Below, piece by piece: positions 12,697 through 25,486 of a DNA stretch of 64,000 nucleotides. Below the pieces are notes generated by a model. It saw only the letters and a list, made by a program, of their open reading frames with translations. It searched no databases and was not told the origin of the DNA. Source of the stretch: Rhizophagus irregularis (lineage: Eukaryota); assembly GCF_026210795.1 (NCBI RefSeq), contig NC_089435.1, positions 4,402,001 through 4,466,000 on the forward strand, given 5' to 3'. Within the stretch, counting starts at the first letter, position 1. The number at the start of each line of letters is the position of its first letter. The position numbers and the translations under genes are program-made.

Positions 12697-15097
12697 TTAT
12701 TTATCCGCTATATTAATGAATTCCTCCCCCATAAATTCAACTCTTCTCTTTTTTTTTTGTGCAGTACTATCTGGATTAGCAGTAGACAAGATTTCAGAAA
12801 ATCGTTCGTTCGACAAACTTGAAATTGATCGATGAGTTTCTAATGTAGGAACTTGGGACAAAAATACTTCATAATATTCTTGTTTAACGAAAAAATCGCA
12901 CTTACGGCACCCAGCTTTCGCAAGTTGCGTACTCGCGATTCCTTCATTAAATAACCTTCGTAATCGATCACATCCTACCCTATTCCTTTGTTCCATTTTG
13001 TCGCCAATTTTAAGCACAGACCGCATGAACTGAATAACCCAAGATTTTGTAGTTTTTATATTATTATTAGGGTCAGTTCTTAATTTTTCTCCAAGTTTAA
13101 ATAGATCATCATAAATTTGGACCAAGGACACCAAATGTAATAAATTAAAAGACTCAGCGGCTATAACAAAATTTTCACATTGTAATTCTTGCCTTCGCCA
13201 TTGATCGATTCGATCTTTAGCGGATTTCTCATCAACGATTTTGACTGGGTCATCTTTCAGCATTTCATTTAAGTCATTGGATATATCTGATACTTTTAAT
13301 TCTTCAGAAGCAATGAGTTCGCCATTAAACGATGAATCTGCTAACAAAATATCGTGAAGTTTCTTTCCCTTTTTGAATAATAACAATTGGGTAGAATTTA
13401 ATAATTTGGCTTTATCATCGTCGTCGTCATCATCATCTGAGAAATTACGTTTTCGTACAATGGATTTTGATAACGACACAGATGTTGATGCTTCTAATTC
13501 TTCTGATTCCTCCATTTCTGAAGCTAGTGCTTGTGATTCTGCTGATTCTGCTGATTCCTCCACTGCCATTTCCGAAGGTACTTGTGATTCTGCCACACTT
13601 GATTCCGCTGATTTCGCCAATGTCATTTCTGGAGGTACCTCCGCCGATGACTTCATTTCTGAAGTTGGTACCCGTGGTTCTATAGATACTATCACTTCCC
13701 TAGTTGGCACTTGTGTTGCTAATTTTACTTTAGATGTTATTGATCTTGTTGGTGGTTTCATCGATGTTTCAACTTCCGTGGTTGATGCTCGTGCTGATGC
13801 TGGAACTACTTTGTATTGTGAAGGTGGGTTAAATACATTAATTTCACTGTTGCCAGATTCATCCCTAGTAGAACTTGAATTTGCAGCTTCAGTAGGTTGA
13901 AAATTGTTATCCTCATCATCATTAGCAGTACCTAGAAAATTTAGATATAAATATTATAAGAAAAATATAATAATCAAGAACAATTTCAGAATTTGATAAA
14001 TTTAACTTACAGAAGCTACTAATTTTTGCGATCCATTCATCAATGTCATCATAATAATTCTTCATTGTGTTCCAGCTGCGGTACGCAGGTAAGGTTGTAC
14101 TGGCCCACATTATGTCAGAAATAGAAACATCATTTTTTATGTGATCTTGTCCGCCAAATTTTTTGATACAGCGTATATTCAAATTCGACCAAATTTTTGT
14201 TTCAGTGTCAGAAGTAGAAAGATTATTTATGGATAAATCACTGTTTAACACACGGGCAAGTTCTGAATCGTTGGGTTTAAGATATAATGACGAGCTGGGA
14301 GAGGATTCTAGGCACGTGTGTTCGGGTGTTGAATATTGTAACAATTCTCTTAATGATTCATTCACGCTACCAGTTATACCAGATGTAGTTGAACGTGTAT
14401 TTTCTGGCTATTATTAGAAAATATATAAATAAACAAATAAAATATAAACAAAATTAAGATATAAATATTAAAATTCATTCACATATTTACCTGTAAACGA
14501 ATTACTTCGTATCTACCTTTATATAATTCATATAGCGATTTGTAGCGTTCAAGTTCAGCCAAATTACCCTAAAAAGTAATGAATTTTGTTCAGAAATGAA
14601 ATCATTTGTTCTAAAATGAAATGGTTCTGATACCAAGAGAAAAAAGTGGTCCAGAAACGAAAAGTGGACAAAATTGTCCAGAAACGGAAATTCAAGGGAA
14701 AAAAGTGGAACAAAAAAAAATGGACAAAATTGTCCAGAAACGAGACAAAAAAAGTGGACAAAATTGTCCAGAAACGAAAATTCAAGGGAAAAAGGTGGAC
14801 TGGAAAAAAAAATTATGAGCGAAATCAAAATCATTTAAAAAGGGCCTTATGGAATACCTTATTGATGAATGTAAAATCTAAAGCCGATTCTTGCAAGTCA
14901 AAATAAACGTGTCCCTCATTCTTTTTGAAAGATAATCTTACTTTATCTTGGTCAAAATTACATGATTCAATTTTTTTATTAGACTTAGTCCAAATAATTG
15001 ACAGTGCTAACGAAATTAATTCTTCATCTTCAGGCAATAGCTCAACTTTTTTTCCACGAATCTTTAAATTAAGAGCCGAAGAAGGTATTTTTGACAT
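12697..15097 (-). CDS. Intact 649-aa hypothetical passenger gene of the hAT element
   Basis: Exons 15097-14858, 14568-14491, 14407-14011 and 13931-12697 have GT..AG borders and sum to 1950 nt in one open frame. Ser/Glu-rich linker and C-terminal basic KKKRR. Confidence 0.75.
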
Positions 15098-16297
15098 TTT
15101 AATAATAAATTGTTGAAAAAAGTAAATAGAAAAAGAAGAATTTAGATACAATTGTTTTGATGTTTTGATGCATTATAAATTGATTATATTATAATAGAGT
15201 GAGTAATAATACTAAATTTGATGATTCGATATAAATATATAGATTGAGTAATGATCGTGATACAGTATTTAATTGGCTAATTTGCAGATTTTTTACGGAT
15301 TTGCGGATAATTGCGGTTTGCGGATTTGCGGATATTTGGACTTCTGAAATCCGCAAATCCGCAATATTGCGGATCTGCAATTAATCCGCAATTGCCCAAT
15401 TATGGCACCATCCTTATCTAAGGATTTTTTAAAAAAATTTTTCAATTAATTTAATATGAATATTATTGTTAATAATATTAATATTATGATTACTTTATTA
15501 TTAAATGTTATACATTATATTGGATACTACTATTTACTATATATATTTTCAAAAAATAAACTTATTTACGAAAAATTCATTATTAAAATCAAACCGTTTT
15601 ACCATATGCACTAAACCTGCAATGGATTCAAATGGTATTAAATCATAATGATTTACAAATTTCATATGGGAACATTCATACATTATGGGATATCGTTTAG
15701 AATAGTAATCATACCAATGTACTAAAGCAAGAGATAAATAAGGATGATTAGGAAGGAACGAAACTTCAATTAACATTAATACCTGTAAAATAAATAAAAA
15801 TATTAAATAGTGTTTAGTTTTAGTTAAAATAAATTATATAAATACTTGCCTTGCCATAACATAATCCACCGTCAGTTAAGTAATCTGTATCACCCATTGC
15901 AATTGCAATATCACTAAATCTTGTGTAACCATGAAATTTACTTGTTGCATATACGATTTCTCCATTTGACAGTGTTTCGTTAGCATAAATCTTCAAATAA
16001 ATTTCTTCATTTGCCGATGCATTAGATATATCATCTAAGTATATATCTAAACAAGCAATTAAATGTTCCATTCCTTCAATACACAATTCATTTATATTTT
16101 CTTCATGCTTAAGCTTTTCTTGAAGAGTATATATTTCACTTATTGGCAATTTCCAAAGGAGTGATTTCATAGAATTTAGTTTTAAACTTATAGTTTTTTT
16201 TGTAATGGTATTTGTAATTATTTGTCGTCGAATCTAATAATATATTTAAATTGTTAAAAAAATCTTTTACATTTATTTGGCTGAAAATTGCATTATA

Positions 16298-17645
16298 CAG
16301 TCCCCTCTCGATATAACGAACCCTAGGTTCCAGCTGATCAGGGCTTCGTTATAAGCAACTTCGTTAATACTATAACGAATTCTTCGGTATAGGAATATTG
16401 GTTATACAGATCATGTGACTTGTTGATCTGATTACCGATAAGTTAACATTTTTTTTAATCTTTTTTTTTATAGGGGTGCTTTCTAAACTTCAAAATAGAT
16501 GCCTAGAATGAGAAGTAAGTGAGAACTGGAGGTTTTTTATATTAATTTCGTTTAAGAACATTTACTAATGTTCTTTTTTATTTTTTTATTGTAGGGAACT
16601 TCCTGGACTTCGAAATGGACGCCTGAGACGAGAAGTAAGTGGGGAACTCAATTTTTTTTATTTAAGAACATTTACTAATGTTCTTTTTTTATTTTTTTAT
16701 TATAGGGAACTTCCTGGACTTCGAAATGAACGCTTGAGACAAGAAGTAAGTGGGAAACTCAATTTTTTTTATTAATTTCGTTTAAGAACATTTACTAATG
16801 TTCTTTTTTATTTTTTTTATTGTAGGGACTTCGAAATGGATGCTTGAGACAAGTAAGTAAGTGGGACAACTCAATTTTTTCTTTTAATTTCGTTTAAGAA
16901 CATTTACTAATGTTCTTTTTTATTTTTTTATTGTAGGGACTTCGAAATGGACGCTTGAGACAAGTAAGTGGGACAACTCAATTTTTTCTTTTAATTTCAT
17001 TTAAGAACATTTACTAATGTTCTTTTTTTATTTTTTTATTATAGGGAATGCTTCCTGAAGTGTTCTATATAAAAATGTTTATTATAATTCCTTTTTTTTG
17101 TAGGAATGCTGTTTAACAATAACTGACTATATAATAAATAAATTATTAATGATATATTAATTTAACTAGGAGTGTCCTTACCCCTGTGATAAATATAAAT
17201 TAATAACAATTCACATCGAATCCTATTACAACCGAATTAATGTAAATTAATGTAATTCTGCCTAAATATTAAATAAAATAGCCAGAATTATTAATCCTGA
17301 TATGATCCTAATACAATCCTGATCCATAATTTAAATATAAAACACAGGGGTGATATTTAATGTCATAATGCATCAATATTTATTAATAATTACATTTAAT
17401 TATAAACTATAGAAATTCTTCGTTATAACTGAAAAAAAATTCGTTATAAAAAAAATCCGTTATATCGAGAGGCATTTTTATATAAGAAATTCACACACTT
17501 TACTTCGTACTACGTTATACAGTAAATAAATAGTAAACTTCATTATATCAAGGTTTTTTTCATATTTAAAATCGGTACCACACTGTATGATCCGTTATAT
17601 CGTGTTATTCGCTATATCGAGGTTCGCTGTAGAGAGGGGTGACTG
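16298..17645. mobile_element. Non-autonomous Tc1/mariner(pogo)-type element in an intron of the Plavaka transposase
   Basis: TA|CAGTCCCCTCTCGATATAACGAACC versus reverse complement CAGTCACCCCTCTCTACAGCGAACC|TA. Lies between the minus-strand donor (~17657) and acceptor (~16234). Confidence 0.85.
16460..17105 (+). repeat. ~110-120-bp tandem array of micro-exon/intron-like units
   Basis: 5-6 units of T-tract, TAG, a 27-41 nt segment, GTAAGT, and TACTAAT. Confidence 0.85.
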
Positions 17646-20240
17646 TATATAACATACCGTCTTTAACATTTGATTATGTGTATTCTTTTTATTAGACATT
17701 CTATATGGATTTTTAACCCAATTTTTGTGAAGCGTTTCGTACGTTTCAGTTGTCAGCCCATTTAATGTACCATATCGCCGAATGGTATGAATAGTATGAT
17801 ATCTCCACATATGAAGCTTTGGTAACTGAAGTCCACTAGGGGAGAATTGCGCAAATATATTTACAAAATCATTAGACCAATCAATTATTTCACGCTATAT
17901 TAAAAAAACAAATTAGTAAAAAATTATATGTAATATTATACTAAAGAAATAATCATACTTCGAAGATTTTTAAATCATCTTCATTAAATTTCTTTTTTCG
18001 TGACGTAATATACATCTTAATAAATTTAATGTAACGTATAATAAGGTTTTTACGTGAAGCAATAGTATATAAATTACTATCTGTTTGGTTTTGATTAATT
18101 TTATTATCTGTTGTGTACAGCTCATCGAAGACAAATACAATAATCTTCATAACATCTCGCATTTCACCTCCTGTAAATTTTGTACCCCTGTTGATAACCT
18201 TTTTTTAATATTCTTAAATTATTAAATCGTGTAATAGTAGCCAGTCGATTGTCCATTTTACTGATTATTCGATTTCCATACTGATACATGAGCATATCTC
18301 TTGTATAATCAAGCATATATGGAAATAATCCGATTTCTTGTAAATGCATACGATCTAGTGCTGCTGCATCATATATGTTCATCATTCTAAAAAAAAATTA
18401 TAATTTTAAAATTAAATAAAAAAAAAGGAATCATCAAATAAATTTGAATAAATTAATACCTAAAATTCCAGAAAAAATTGTCATATTCGTGAATGGAACA
18501 ATTTTCTGCATTGTGAGAAGCAATAGCTTCTTGCATATTTTCATGATTACGTAAATCTATCATATCCTGTTTAATATTCATATTATTTAATTGATCACCG
18601 GGCGTAAGACATTTATAACAGGGACATCGTGTACGATATGACTTGTAAGTACAACAAATATCCTGTGCTTCTAGCATATCCGCAATTATACTAGACAAAT
18701 AAATGGTAAAGTGCTCAACTTTTCCATTTATTGCTAAGTATATACCATCCTCCTTAAGAAGTGGACCTAATAAATATTTCAAAGCACGATGCTTCAAATC
18801 CCGTTGCTTTTGCTTAAATTCCTTTGAATTTCGCAATTTATTATCTCGCGTAGTTAAGTGTGGTAAAAATCCAATAAGAACCTTTGAATCAGGTAAATTA
18901 TGGCGTAAATTTGGAATATTTCCAAGGGTTAAGAAAATAGGATACTCAGATTTTCGCCTAAGAGTATCAAGAGTAGTTCCATCAATGTAGATCATAACGG
19001 CCAGAATCTTGCTAAATGGATTATATCTTTCACGCCACCAGTCTGCAGTATTTTGTTCAGAATATACACGTACAAGTGACCCATCCTAGAATAAAATTAT
19101 TATTATAATATATCAAATATATCAACACACATACTGTATATACTTAAAATACTTACAAGACCATATTCCCATTGTTCTTCATAATTGAAAAGAAAGTCTT
19201 TACTCAAATCTGAATTTGAAACCAGACTTTTTATCGCATCATAAATTGGCCTATAATGTAATTTATAAATTTCTTCTTCAAATGTAAGGAGTTCTTTTTC
19301 TTTAAATTGTAAACCTTTAACATCCATATTATCAATAAATGTGCGCCCTTTTCTAGTAGATCCAGAAAGTTGATCGGTACAATGTTTTTTTAGTATACGT
19401 AACATAGAATCAGTGGCTGCATCAGAAAGGTGATATTGTGTTACAGCCATCATAAATTCTTTGTACGTTTCACTTGGCCATAATGTTAATTCTGGATCGT
19501 TATTCAAATCTTTATATGCATCAGCTAAACTCACGCCACAAAAATCTTCGCTTGATGCTTTAGAAGAGATGCTTTTACTTTCTTGCGATTGGGTGATTTC
19601 ATGATATTCACTTATATCATCATCTGTATAATCATAATTCTGAAAAGAGGTATATTCATTGAAGGCTATAGGTACGTCTGCTGCATTATTTAAATCCAAT
19701 TTCTTAACAAATTAGTTAATAAGTAGTGATTAATAAATTATTTTTACAATGATTTTTAATAAAAATTTATGCAAATACCTCATTGTTTTGTTTGTCGTCA
19801 CCACTTGTCATTTGTAAAAAGATATCTAAACCTTCAATTTCATTCCAAACGTTATTATCAATAGTTTTTTGCCGTATATTATTATTAGAACTTGATTGTT
19901 GATCCTGAACCCAATTTAATGTACGAGAATGGTCGGTATATGAGTGAAGCTGGTGACAATGTTGGGTCAGGTCTTGTTTTCGTGAAAAATAACGTTTACA
20001 AAAGTTACATTGATACATAATTATAATAATTACACGTTAAAAAATAATTATATAATTATAACTTTAGTAACTTGGTTAAAAAAAATACATTTGATCTGTA
20101 TATGATCAGATCTTAATCACCATATGGGTAATTACCATTTTTTGATAAACAAAATAATTCATTCGTATCATATTTGGAGTTTAAAGTAACTTAAACTTCT
20201 ACTTTTTAAGTTTCAATAAATTCACTTAGAATTTTCCGTC

Positions 20241-21968
20241 ATGCCTAAAGAAAAAGGTAAATATTTTTTATTTAGCATGGCGCTATGGTCAAGCCTTAAT
20301 ATTACTGTTATATATATGAAATTAAGAATAGTCTTGTATATTACCGTAATACCGTTTTATATACAAAATTAAGAAAACATTTCGTTTATTTTTATTTAAT
20401 ATAGTTAATCAAAGAATTTCAAGACGCAAAAATTCTTCTAATGTAACTAATTCTAAGACAGCAACAAGTGAAGCAGATAAAATTGCTGCTCGTTTAGCCG
20501 CAGCAAGGTCTATTAAATCATCACGAAAACGACAAGATGCAAATATTGAAGTTATTGCATCAGGTTCACAATCCAGAGTAGCGCGTAATTTTGAAGATTC
20601 TTGTGATCTTTTACAAATACAAGAACAAGAGATGCGTGATGATAATAGAGAAGAAACATTGGCTCCACTAACTGATGCATCATCTAATATGAATACTTTG
20701 AGATCAATGGAAAATGCTCCAAATATTCGAATTTAAATTAATTGTTAATTATTTATCACTGACATAATATTGACTTGGTCTTTTTTCAGTTAATACTTCT
20801 AAGACGTTTTATTTGCATATGATTGAAGGTTTAAAGAGGAATTTGGGTCAAAATAAACATATATACGATACGATTCATGAAATGAAAACTTCGCAAGACG
20901 CGTTCCAAAAAGAAACAAATGAAAAACTAAATACTATTTCAGAGAAAATTAACCAATTAATTACTCCTGAAGATTCCTATTGGAAGGTAAACCTAAATAA
21001 TTATTAAATACTTTTTATGATTTGATATACACTCTTTTATTTTATTTTTGTAGAGTTTGGCGTCAAAAGCATGCAAAATTCAACTACCTATTCTTGGTCT
21101 TTATCCTGATGATTCAGAATTCAAGAAAGGTTTCGAAAGTATACTTGAACAAGAAAAGCCAGGTTATATCGAACAACTTGGTTTACAATGGAATCAGTAT
21201 TATTCGGGACGCATCAGACCTCTAGTAAGTTATAATATTAGTTATTTTTTGTATTAATTATGATACTTTAGCTAATAATATTAAATGTTCTCTTTAGTGT
21301 CGTGATGTAATTAAAAGTCGAAGATGTGATAAGGCCAAAGATATCCGATCTGCAATGTTTGACATATTTGGCGAAAATCTTTTAACTCGAATTAATACTT
21401 CGGCAGGAGCTGAAGATATTACGGCTTTTAAAAATTCAAATAATACTAAAAAGGCGTTTAAATGTTTATTTATAAGTGATGATGATGGTGCTCTTCCATA
21501 TATTGAAGCAATTAAGAAAAAGGCTTGGGGAAAAAAAGGGGAAAAAAAACTACATTGATGGATACTGCTTTCACGTTGGCAGTTTGTGAAATTGTTTTAA
21601 ATCCTAGACATCCACGAATATCTGTTAGCGATAATGCTCTCCATAAACGATTTGATTTATATTTGGTAAGTAAGAGATGCGATTGCAATTCATATTAATT
21701 AAGAAGATGGTTGATAATTTATCTCATTTATAGGATTGTATCTGTAATTTTAAAGAAATAACGTCCGAGATTACCAAACAAGTTAGACAAGATGAATTAG
21801 GTAAAACATGTGATAATTCGGATGACACTAGCGAGAGTGATGACCACCATTATGATGATCGTGATGAAGATCAAGAGAATGATCAAGTCGATAAAGAACT
21901 TGGCGAAAATAACAATGATATTAATCAGAATCAAACAATTGATGAATGAAGGTAATTTTGATTTATAG
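20241..21968 (+). pseudogene. Second gene of the Plavaka element (homolog of 2455-3856), damaged
   Basis: Multi-exon. LYPDDSEFK resembles VYPSQDEYK, and MFDIFG..RINTSA..ITAFK resembles MYSVFE..SINTQA..IQEWK; acidic tail. Apparent lost donor near 20722 and frameshift in A-runs near 21540. Confidence 0.7.
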
Positions 21969-23703
21969 TAATAATAATAATCTAATAACATTTATAAATA
22001 CTAATCATATTTATCAATCGTTTTTTAGTAAATTTAACAGATTTGGATAATAATAAGACGTTATACAGTTATGTATCTGTAATCATATTATTAAGAAATT
22101 AAGCAAATTTAAATTATCAGTAACAGGATATGATGTATTTTTCTAAATAATAGGAAATATAAGTTTAATTTCGATGTATTAAGAGAATTTATACATAAAT
22201 AATTAGTAAATATAGCGCGTTAAAATGTAATTTATGTAATAATCTATATTATTGTTAATCTATAATTTAATCGTATATAGTAATTTATAATAAATATTAA
22301 ATGTAAATTAATAATTAATATGAAAAATTCGATTATATTAAATCCTTAAAGATCTTTGAATTAAAATTTAAAACCCTTCGGGATTCTTTAAACTTTTTAA
22401 TTCTAAGGATCCGCTGAGGTGGGGAAGGATCCACACGAATCTTTACTATTTATGGAAAATAAGGATCTCACGTGGATCCTGACTCCTAAAACATTACCGA
22501 TGCATTATTTAAATTTAAGAGCATAAATTTTTGTAATATTACATTTTTAGTGTAATATTTTGAAATTTTATATCACCTCTGAAATATTACACTAAATTGT
22601 GTCTAAACAAATTTTCTGATATTAGAAAGCTTTAAGAACTGACAGAATGACTATTCAATCTTAGTAAACTACAGGTAGAGCAAATGGAATACTATAGTAG
22701 AACTTTGTATTTGTAGAATACTAATATTTTTTTTAGTTACTCCTATTTTAATTTTTTTTTTTATCCTAACTTTTCTGTTGTTATTTCTTTTATTTTCTTT
22801 TTGTACTTAAATTGAGATTTCGTTTGCAGTAGCAATGAATTCTTGGAGCACTTATGGTGTAGATTAGGAGAAGTGAACTTACTTTTCTAGTTTAAGTTCT
22901 TCACTGACAGTGCATATATGGTTACTTTATCTTATAAATAAAGAGTTATATATGCTGCAATAAAAAAAAATAATAATAATAATTTAGAATTAATATTTAC
23001 TTTGAATTATCAAATTAGTCTAAAATACTATTTAAAATTTAAGTAGAAAGTTAAAAAACATAAGTATAAAAATAGATATTATATAAACTATTAAATATTA
23101 AATATATTTTATTATTAGGGGAGTTACATATATTATGTAATATTCAGTTTAATATAAACTTACTCCCCTCCCCCCTCTTGTCAGATTTAATAACCAATCA
23201 AATTATAATATTTATAAATCATATAATTTTATTAAGTATAACGTAAAATTTTGGTTATTCACCTCTCTCTCTTTGATAATTACATAATATATGTAAGCTC
23301 TCTTACTATATGAAAAAAAAAAAATTCCAGACATTTCTAAATTTTTAATATATTGGCCTCTTTTAACAAATTGAAAAATCAATAATTTTTTAATATTCAA
23401 TAATCTGATTTTAATAAACTTTTTTTTAATTTGTAGTAATGATATTAAGCTTTATAAAATAAAAAATATTTCATCCAAATCAGATCACTAAATATTGAGA
23501 TAATTGCAAAAAATAAAAAATAAAAAAAAGGCAAATTAGATCAATTTTAATAAAAAGTTGGTTATAAGTTTTATAGATATTTGAGGTTCTATAAAAGTAA
23601 TTTAACTCAATATTGCAAGACTAAAATTTCTTTAAGACAAAATATTCAAAAAAAAATTTCTAAAAGATTAAATAATTTGTGTAATTTAAGTAATTTATAT
23701 AAT

Positions 23704-24370
23704 CACTGGTAAAAAAATGATTTATCCTACACATATCTTACACATATTGGGTACTCAAAATGTAGAAAATCATACACAAATAATACACATATCATACACA
23801 TATCGGGTACTAATATATATATCATACATATATTAGGTACCTGATAGGTATACTATATATATAAGCAGGGTTGGGAAATGTACTGTACTGTACCAGTACA
23901 GTTAGTACAGTACGTACAGTACTGTACTGTACTGAGTTTTTTTAGTACAAGTACATTTTTTTATATAAATTACAGAGGTATTTTTAATCATATATACCCT
24001 GGTTTTAAGTGGTCCAGTGATTAGATTTCAATAAAATTAAGCTCATTAGATTCGTCTCAATGAGAGGAATTTAATAGTATTTATTTTATCATAAATGAAT
24101 CAATATTGACAGAGTTAGCATTTGAAGTAACTTTATTAAATATATGGTATTTAAAATTTTAAGTACAATGTACTAACTGTACTGTACTGTACTGTACTGT
24201 ACTGTACTGAAATTTTACCTTGTACACCATATTTTCCCAACCCTGTATATAAGTACCCGATATGTGTATGATATGTGTATTATTTGTGTATGATTTTCTA
24301 CATTTTGAGTACCCGATATATGTAAGATATGTGTAGGATATGTGTAGGATAGACCATTTTTTTACCAGTG
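23704..24370. mobile_element. CACTA-like (CACTG) MITE
   Basis: CACTGGTAAAAAAATG...CATTTTTTTACCAGTG with ~105-bp inverted arms and 3-bp TSD AAT. Confidence 0.9.
23866..24245. mobile_element. hAT MITE nested in the CACTG MITE
   Basis: TIR CAGGGTTGGGAAA / TTTCCCAACCCTG, 8-bp TSD TATATAAG, (GTACT)n subterminal repeats. Confidence 0.92.
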
Positions 24371-25486
24371 AATAATAGTTTATATAACTACTTCTTAAAT
24401 AATTGTTAAATATATTATTAGTAAACATAATTAATATTTACTGGTATTAGCAAGATATTCAGCATTTACATGCAATCAGCCTACTAGTATTCAAATTTAT
24501 CAAATAAACATTTTTGCAACTATAATATTCAATGATTCTAATACTTGCTTTTCAAACAATAAAATTTATTATTGAAAGAACATGATTGAAAATAGGAAAA
24601 TATATGAAGTATTTTTTAAAGTAATATAATTAACAAGTTGGATAATATAATTTCTTGCTTTTAGCATTATATTTTTTATTATAATTTTAAACTAAATCAA
24701 TAATACATAAATAAAGCTGACTAGTTTATGTATTTTTTGCAATCCAATTATAATTACTGAAACCTTTACATTAAAGTGTAAAACTAATTTGCAAGTTAAA
24801 TTGCATAATTAAATATTTATTACATGTCATTGCATTTATATACTTCACAAACATTTGATCAATTAATTATATTTGTATTTCAGCTAAGGAATTTCTCCAG
24901 AATCTCACTTTAATAAAGTATTAAAAATATATTTCTGGAGTACAGTTATAAATCAACCTAATTTCTGAAGTTTTGATCTTAAGTAAGTTCTTAAATAAAA
25001 ATATAAATAGCAGTAAATGTGTAAAAAAAATAATATAGAAGTGTTTTACTGAAATAGATTATAAATTTTCTTGTTTTTGGCTTCAAGTAAAGGTGAGTAT
25101 GCAGTACGATATCAGAAAAATTCTTGATGAAAGAATAGGAAATTTTTTTTTAGCAAATCAAGAAATACAGTTTTTTAGTTTTTTGAATAATATTATATAT
25201 TTATATGTTTATGTTAATTGCTATACATTTAGCAAAATCAATTATATGGTAAAGGTAAACTACTATACAGAATTTTCTAGGTAAAAATACTATAAATTTG
25301 ATTTAATACAAATAATACAAATTGAATTATAAATTTTTAACATTCTGGAATTTTTTTTTTAAAAAATATTTAAATTTTGATTACTTCTTATTACACAAAA
25401 TAAATTCTTTGTATAGTAAAAGATTCATTCTTAACCAAACCAATTATAATTCATAGAGATCTCATTAAGTGTACATATTGTATTTC

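Larger units (their letters stand above)
8872..15416. mobile_element. hAT DNA transposon, 6545 bp, two genes
   Basis: TIR TAAGGATGGCGCC / GGCACCATCCTTA. Perfect 8-bp TSD TCTAAGGA at 8864-8871 and 15417-15424. ATCCGCA subterminal repeats at both ends. Confidence 0.95.
15549..20018 (-). pseudogene. Plavaka-family transposase, multi-exon, frameshifted
   Basis: C2H2 finger (CNFC..HCHQLH), YSEQNTADWW, IYIDGTTLD..YPIFLTLGNIP, IADMLEA, DRMHLQEIGLF, LPKLHMWRYH, TETYETLHK, C-terminal ALVHWYDY. One-base frameshift in an A/T run near 18178. Confidence 0.88.
8697..22502. mobile_element. Full-length Plavaka element with nested hAT and Tc1/mariner-type insertions
   Basis: TIRs CATCAGTAATATTTTTCGGAATAGGATCCAC versus reverse complement CATCGGTAATGTTTTAGGAGTCAGGATCCAC. 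Flanks AAT/CAT may be a 3-bp TSD with one change. GGATCC/GAATCC subterminal repeats occur at both ends. Confidence 0.8.
8116..22620. mobile_element. Foldback (palindromic) MITE split by nested insertions
   Basis: 8116-8230 is an imperfect inverted copy of 22504-22620. Inner arms 8229-8248 plus 8423-~8515 pair with ~8585-8696. Confidence 0.8.

Noticed and set aside
13373..13900. Plus-strand 175-aa ORF and similar antisense ORFs (10486-10839, 18703-18990, 55742-55996, 56528-56827)
   Set aside because: They are shadows of real genes on the opposite strand.
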